Assembly: GCA_034440375.1 (NCBI GenBank)
Contig: JAWXBZ010000202.1
Location: 1 to 10,578 of the forward strand
DNA from: Candidatus Eiseniibacteriota bacterium
Lineage (GTDB): Bacteria > Eisenbacteria > RBG-16-71-46 > JABDJR01 > JAWXBZ01
Reading direction: 5' to 3'
Length of the DNA stretch: 10,578 bases
Below the pieces are notes generated by a model, which saw nothing but the letters and a program-made list of their open reading frames with translations, searched no databases and had not been told where the DNA came from. Position numbers and translations under genes: made by a program. Positions 6,333-10,578 of this stretch are shown piece after piece. Numbering within the stretch: position 1 is the first letter of the stretch; the number at the start of each line of letters is the position of its first letter.

Positions 6333-6807
6333 GGCGACGATTCGCTTCCGGGTGAATGGCCGCGACGTGGCGGTCACCGCTCCTCCGTTCCGTCGGCTGC
6401 TTGATGTGCTGCGCGAGGACCTTGGGTTGACCGGCAGCAAGGAGGGGTGCGGCGAGGGGGAATGTGGCTCCTGCAGTGTGGTGATCAACGGCGAACTGGT
6501 GAACAGCTGCATCGTGCCAGTCATTCAATCCGAGGGGGCCGAGATCACGACCGTCGAAGCGCTTGCCGAGACGCCCATCGGCGCGGCGGTCCAGAAGGCG
6601 TTCATGGAGCATGGCGGCGCCCAGTGCGGCATCTGCACCCCGGGGATGATCGTGGCCGCTGCCTGGGTGGCCGAGCATCGCGCCTACGGGAGTGACCTGC
6701 GCGACATGCTGGCCGGCAACCTCTGCCGTTGCACCGGATACGACCTGATCATCGCCAGCGTTGATGCCGCCATCGCCTCGCTCGACATCGGAAAGTCCCG
6801 CGAATGA
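6325..6807 (+). CDS. Molybdenum hydroxylase small [2Fe-2S] subunit (CoxS/CutS family), 160 aa
   Basis: LLDVLREDLGLTGSKEGCGEGECGSC...NSC and QCGICTPG...GNLCRCTGY. The GTG at 6325 has a GGAGG SD (6315-6319) and overlaps the upstream stop. Confidence 0.96.
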   Translation: MAEATIRFRVNGRDVAVTAPPFRRLLDVLREDLGLTGSKEGCGEGECGSCSVVINGELVNSCIVPVIQSEGAEITTVEALAETPIGAAVQKAFMEHGGAQCGICTPGMIVAAAWVAEHRAYGSDLRDMLAGNLCRCTGYDLIIASVDAAIASLDIGKSRE

Positions 6808-7679
6808 GGGGGATCCTGTCGGCCATCGAGGCCTCGCGGCCACGTTCGATGGATGACCTGCTCGATCACATCGCGAATACCCGGGCGCCACGGCTGATTG
6901 CCGGCGGCACCGATGTCATGGTGCAACTCGAGGCGGGCGGGCAAGAGGAGGGCGAGAGCTTCCTCGACCTGACGGCCCTGGCATCGGACCTCCGCTATCA
7001 CCGGCTGGATGAGGACTCGCTGGAGATCGGCGCCCTCGCCACGTTTCGCGACACCCGTCAGCGCAACGACATTGTCGCGGCATTTCCGCTCTTGGAGGCA
7101 TCCGCCCGCACGATCGGCGCCACGCAAATCCAGACGCGCGGCACCTGGGCCGGCAATATCGCCAATGGATCCCCGGCGGCGGACGGCGTGGCGGCGTTGC
7201 TGGCTTACGACGCGGAGGTGGTCCTGATGTCGCGGCAGGGCCGCCGGACAACACCGCTTTGCGGATTTTTTTCCGGTTACAAGAAGATGGACATCGGGCC
7301 CGGTGAGTTCCTGGCCGCCATTCGATTGCCCCGTGCGAAGCCGGATCGACTTCAGGAGTTCTGGAAAGTCGGGACACGCCGGGCCCAGGCCATTACGAAG
7401 GTGGGCTTGACGATCAACTGGCGGGCCGATGGGAGCTGGCGAATCGTTGGAACCAGCCTGGCGCCGTTCGTGACGCGATATGATGGACTGGAACGGTTGT
7501 TTGGCCAGTTCGGTGACCATCCGGGGCGCCTCGATGCCGATCAGCAGGCCGCCGCAGTGGCCACGGCGGTCCAGGCCGATTTGAAGCCCATTGATGACAT
7601 TCGCTCCACGGCGGACTATCGCCGTCGGGTGGTAATCAATCTCCTCTGCGATGCCGCCTCGCGCCTGCACCAAACCTAG
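6804..7679 (+). CDS. Molybdenum hydroxylase FAD-binding (medium) subunit
   Basis: Motifs IAGGTDV, IGALAT, IGA.QI..RGTWAGNIANGSPAAD and PIDDIRSTADYRR. ATGA overlap with the Fe-S gene. Confidence 0.95.
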   Translation: MRGILSAIEASRPRSMDDLLDHIANTRAPRLIAGGTDVMVQLEAGGQEEGESFLDLTALASDLRYHRLDEDSLEIGALATFRDTRQRNDIVAAFPLLEASARTIGATQIQTRGTWAGNIANGSPAADGVAALLAYDAEVVLMSRQGRRTTPLCGFFSGYKKMDIGPGEFLAAIRLPRAKPDRLQEFWKVGTRRAQAITKVGLTINWRADGSWRIVGTSLAPFVTRYDGLERLFGQFGDHPGRLDADQQAAAVATAVQADLKPIDDIRSTADYRRRVVINLLCDAASRLHQT

Positions 7680-7700
7680 CCCGACCCGGAGGCTTCCGAC

Positions 7701-8177
7701 ATGGAACGCGAACGACTCGATCAGGAACTCATCGACGCCTGGGACGGCGATCCCTGGCACGGCTCGCCCATCACCGCCATTCTCGATGGGATCGACGCGG
7801 CAGAGGCGGCCGCCCGCCCGATCGAGGAGGCACACACCATCTGGGAACTGGTGCTCCACATGACCGGCTGGACGCGCGAGGTGGCGCGTCGTGTCGATGG
7901 CGGAAAGGCCGGCGAGCCCGAAGCGGGTGATTGGCCGGACGTGACCGACCTGTCGAAATCGGCCTGGCAGGCGGCCAGGCGTGATCTCGGCGCGGCCCAC
8001 GAGGAGCTGCGACGGGTAATCAAGAAGCTCGGCGACGAGGCCATCATGGCGCCGCCGGGTGTGCCACGCGACCGCGCCGCCGGCACCGGCAGGACCATCT
8101 ACCGGCTGGTTCACGGACTGGTGCAGCACGACGCGTATCATGCCGGCCAGATCGCGCTGTTGAAAAAAATGATCTGA
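7701..8177 (+). CDS. DinB/YfiT family protein (four-helix bundle, His-triad metalloprotein)
   Basis: Motifs DPWHG, HTIWELVLHMTGW and GLVQHDAYHAGQIALLKK. GGAGG SD at 7688-7692. Confidence 0.9.
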   Translation: MERERLDQELIDAWDGDPWHGSPITAILDGIDAAEAAARPIEEAHTIWELVLHMTGWTREVARRVDGGKAGEPEAGDWPDVTDLSKSAWQAARRDLGAAHEELRRVIKKLGDEAIMAPPGVPRDRAAGTGRTIYRLVHGLVQHDAYHAGQIALLKKMI

Positions 8178-8179
8178 GT

Positions 8180-9439
8180 CTACTTCGTCGATTCCAGGTC
8201 GAGCTTGCCGAGACGAACCTGGTGCGACCCCGCGGAGGCGTCGGTCCAGGCCACCCAGATGTCGATATCGCGGACGGCCAATTGCGGGAAGCCGCTGCCA
8301 CGGCCCGATGTGGTCGTGGCCAGCGTCTTCGCGGGGCTCGCTTCGCCGGTCATCGTCACCTGGCGCACACGGACCTGCGCGGTGGAATCGCTGGTTTGTT
8401 CCAGCCAGGTGACCATCGCGCTCTCGTCGCGCAGCCAGTCGACATCGACGCGCCCGAGCGGCCGCCCGTCATCCACTTTGACGATGCGCGACAGTCCGAA
8501 CGAGGACGAGTCGGACAGCGCCACGAAGACCTCGGACGTTTCGCGCGCGTCGGTGTACCAGGCCATGGCCAGGTTTCGGTCGTGGGACGCCATGGCCGGA
8601 CCGTTGACCGGGCAGCCGTCGATTTTCCAGCCGTCGTGCCGCACCTGGAACGGTTTGCTCCAGACCTGTCGTTCGTAACGCACGAGAGAGATGTCGCGCG
8701 TCTCACCGGCGTCGCGATCACGATAGGCCACCGCCAGCCCTTCGAGCGTGGTGACCGCCGCGGTCTGACAGCAATCGCAGACGCGGGTATCGAGGCGGAC
8801 TTCCGGTTCGAACTTGCCGTCACGCCACCGGGCCGCGCGCAACTCGGTGTCGGCCCCGTGCCCATGGCCGCCGGACGCCGGAGCGGGCTTCAGCTTTGCG
8901 TAGTTGCGCCCGTCCAGCCAGACGATCCAGAAACCGGTGCCGGCATGCGGCAGAAGCGAAACGAAGCCGTGCTCGGCCTGGGCCTTGTCGCGATACGGTC
9001 GGCCAAGTGAAGTCCAGGTGGCGCCCTTGTCGGAGGACCTCAGAACCTCTACGTCGTAGGCCCCGGCGGCATCGCCGGAACGACGCAACCACGACACGAT
9101 CAACGTGCCGTCGTCGAGCGCCAGGAGTTTCGGCACATCCGCCCAGTTGACCATCATTTTCGGGTCGGAAACGATGGTCCGGGACGCCGACCAACCCGCT
9201 GCGTCATGGCGCGACATCTTGAGGACGGGCACGCCGCCGGCTGGAGACTCGATCCAGGTGAGGTAGATGGCATCCTTGCCGCTGACGAGACCGGGCGCCT
9301 GGCTGGCCGGGCCGGCCGGTGATTCGATCTCCACGAAGGGAATCGTGTCGAGGGGCGGCATGGTATCGGCCATGGCGGGTGGGGCGGACCAGGCGAGCAT
9401 CGCGAGAACGGTGGACTGGAGCAACCGGCGATGATTCAT
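8180..9439 (-). CDS. Secreted BNR/Asp-box (sialidase-like beta-propeller) protein with CDCC and GCP motifs
   Basis: Signal peptide MNHRRLLQSTVLAMLAWSAPPAMA. Motifs NWAD.P, Asp-box SSDKGATW, EHGFVS, WLDGR, VCDCC and W.IDGCPVNGP. The AGGAG SD (9453-9449) fits the ATG at 9439 better than 9448. Confidence 0.85.
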   Translation of the reverse strand: MNHRRLLQSTVLAMLAWSAPPAMADTMPPLDTIPFVEIESPAGPASQAPGLVSGKDAIYLTWIESPAGGVPVLKMSRHDAAGWSASRTIVSDPKMMVNWADVPKLLALDDGTLIVSWLRRSGDAAGAYDVEVLRSSDKGATWTSLGRPYRDKAQAEHGFVSLLPHAGTGFWIVWLDGRNYAKLKPAPASGGHGHGADTELRAARWRDGKFEPEVRLDTRVCDCCQTAAVTTLEGLAVAYRDRDAGETRDISLVRYERQVWSKPFQVRHDGWKIDGCPVNGPAMASHDRNLAMAWYTDARETSEVFVALSDSSSFGLSRIVKVDDGRPLGRVDVDWLRDESAMVTWLEQTSDSTAQVRVRQVTMTGEASPAKTLATTTSGRGSGFPQLAVRDIDIWVAWTDASAGSHQVRLGKLDLESTK

Positions 9440-9514
9440 GGGGGGCATCTCCTGTTGGAGTTGGAGTGAGCAACCGGAATTGACACAGAGTACGGCATGA
9501 CGGCCCCTCCGCGC

Positions 9515-10578
9515 CTATCCACGATCCGATCCCTGGTTCCAGAGGCCCGTTCCGAGGAGCCGATGCAGACGAAGCACGGCCCTCCGGAAGAGAAACGCCA
9601 GCACGAGGCCGGCCGCCAGCGTCAGGCCGATCATCAGACTTCGGCTGCCGCGTATCGTGGTGATGATGAGGGGCAACGTCGCCAGCAAGAGCAGGCCGAG
9701 TGCCAGCGTCGTCAGGGTGGCCCTCGTGGCCCGCTGAATCATCCGGACCCGGTCGGTGCCCGGCCCCTGCTTGTCGGCTCCAACCAGCGCCTCGAGCAGA
9801 TTTTGCCAGCGGGTGGACAACACAAAAAGGCCCGGGACCAGGACAGCCACCGCCACCACCAGGCCGAACAGGTTCAGATTGAGCCAGCCCGGCGTCAGGT
9901 CATTGAGCCAGCTGGAAGTGCCTCCGATGCCGACACCGAGGCCCACCAGGACACTGATCGTGAGGACCAGGTCGCGGAATGCGCTCCGAACCGGATGCAC
10001 GTTCGGAGCCCAGGGCGAGACGACCGGCGCCAGCGAACCGCGGACGATATAGAGCAGGTGCCGCAGGGCGCCGGGGGAGCGTTTCATCAAGCGCGACTCG
10101 AGGCGGGGCGCGGCGGCCAACAACGGTTCGACGCCCAACGAAAGGAAAAACATCATGAGGATGATGAGGCTGGTGAGGGCCTCCCGGAGGTCGGCCGGCA
10201 GCGCCGGGGACATGGCCAGCAGGAAGGAGAATTCGCCGACCGGAACCATCAACGCGCCGAGCTGGAGCGAGAGTCCGGCTTCTTCTCCCGACGCGTAGGC
10301 CGCGGCGGTAACCGACAGGAATCGGACGACGGCCACGACGATCGTGGCCAGTATGGCCAGCGGCAGCATGTGGATCAGCGCGCCCAGCGTCACCTGGAAA
10401 CCCACGGCCACGAAAAATATCCCGAGGAAGAGTTCCTTGATCGGATGGAGGCAGGCCACAAGTTCCTCGCGCGCCCTGGCCTCGGCCGCCAGCACCCCCG
10501 CCAGGAAGGCCCCCACCGAGATCGGCACCCCGAGCCTGGCCCCCGCGGACGCCACCATCAAGCCGACGCCGATCAGCG
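9515..10578 (-). CDS. CPA2-family cation:proton antiporter (KefC/YbaL-like), 5' end outside the window
   Basis: Motifs S..VGAFLAGVLAAE, PIKELFLGIFFVAVG and GEFSFLLA. The frame stays open to the window edge (LIGVGLMV...). There are extra C-terminal hydrophobic helices. Confidence 0.88.
   Translation of the reverse strand, partial: LIGVGLMVASAGARLGVPISVGAFLAGVLAAEARAREELVACLHPIKELFLGIFFVAVGFQVTLGALIHMLPLAILATIVVAVVRFLSVTAAAYASGEEAGLSLQLGALMVPVGEFSFLLAMSPALPADLREALTSLIILMMFFLSLGVEPLLAAAPRLESRLMKRSPGALRHLLYIVRGSLAPVVSPWAPNVHPVRSAFRDLVLTISVLVGLGVGIGGTSSWLNDLTPGWLNLNLFGLVVAVAVLVPGLFVLSTRWQNLLEALVGADKQGPGTDRVRMIQRATRATLTTLALGLLLLATLPLIITTIRGSRSLMIGLTLAAGLVLAFLFRRAVLRLHRLLGTGLWNQGSDRG

Noticed and set aside
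4062..7679. Aerobic CO dehydrogenase, selenium-dependent hydroxylase, or PaoABC/4-hydroxybenzoyl-CoA reductase type
   Set aside because: There is no AYxCSFR loop, no in-frame TGA and no yqeB/yqeC/selD in the window. The FAD subunit lacks a [4Fe-4S] Cys insert and the Fe-S subunit lacks a Tat leader.
2056..8141. Long alternative-frame or antisense ORFs (e.g. 2056-3012, 3296-4051, 4362-5153, 5700-6524, 6046-6891, 6684-8141)
   Set aside because: These are shadow ORFs expected in high-GC coding DNA. They are Arg/Pro/Gly-rich or motif-free and overlap confident genes.
9449..9466. CTCC-AACA-GGAG hairpin over the propeller SD and the CTCCAA x2 repeat
   Set aside because: A 4-bp stem and a 6-bp duplication are within chance expectation.

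Overview
GC-rich bacterial window with 10 well-supported CDSs plus one candidate small ORF. On the minus strand (right to left) from about 3.9 kb are: a candidate 31-aa small ORF, a MobA-type molybdenum cofactor guanylyltransferase, a polytopic GT-C-like membrane protein with a C-terminal TPR, a BrnT/CopG-BrnA-type toxin-antitoxin pair with its own sigma70-like, palindrome-overlapped, probably leaderless promoter, and a small hypothetical with a possible PD-(D/E)XK nuclease fold. Divergently, the plus strand carries a xanthine-dehydrogenase-family molybdenum hydroxylase operon (large Mo, [2Fe-2S] and FAD subunits) followed by a DinB-family gene. Converging on that from the right are a CPA2 cation:proton antiporter (truncated by the window edge) and a secreted BNR/sialidase-like protein with CDCC/GCP motifs. 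The most interesting unexplained signals are the structured leader and small ORF coupled to mobA, the TA plus putative nuclease trio, the MobA/XDH cofactor mismatch, and a sharp GC-skew inversion inside the membrane-protein gene. All calls come from manual motif recognition; no searches were run.
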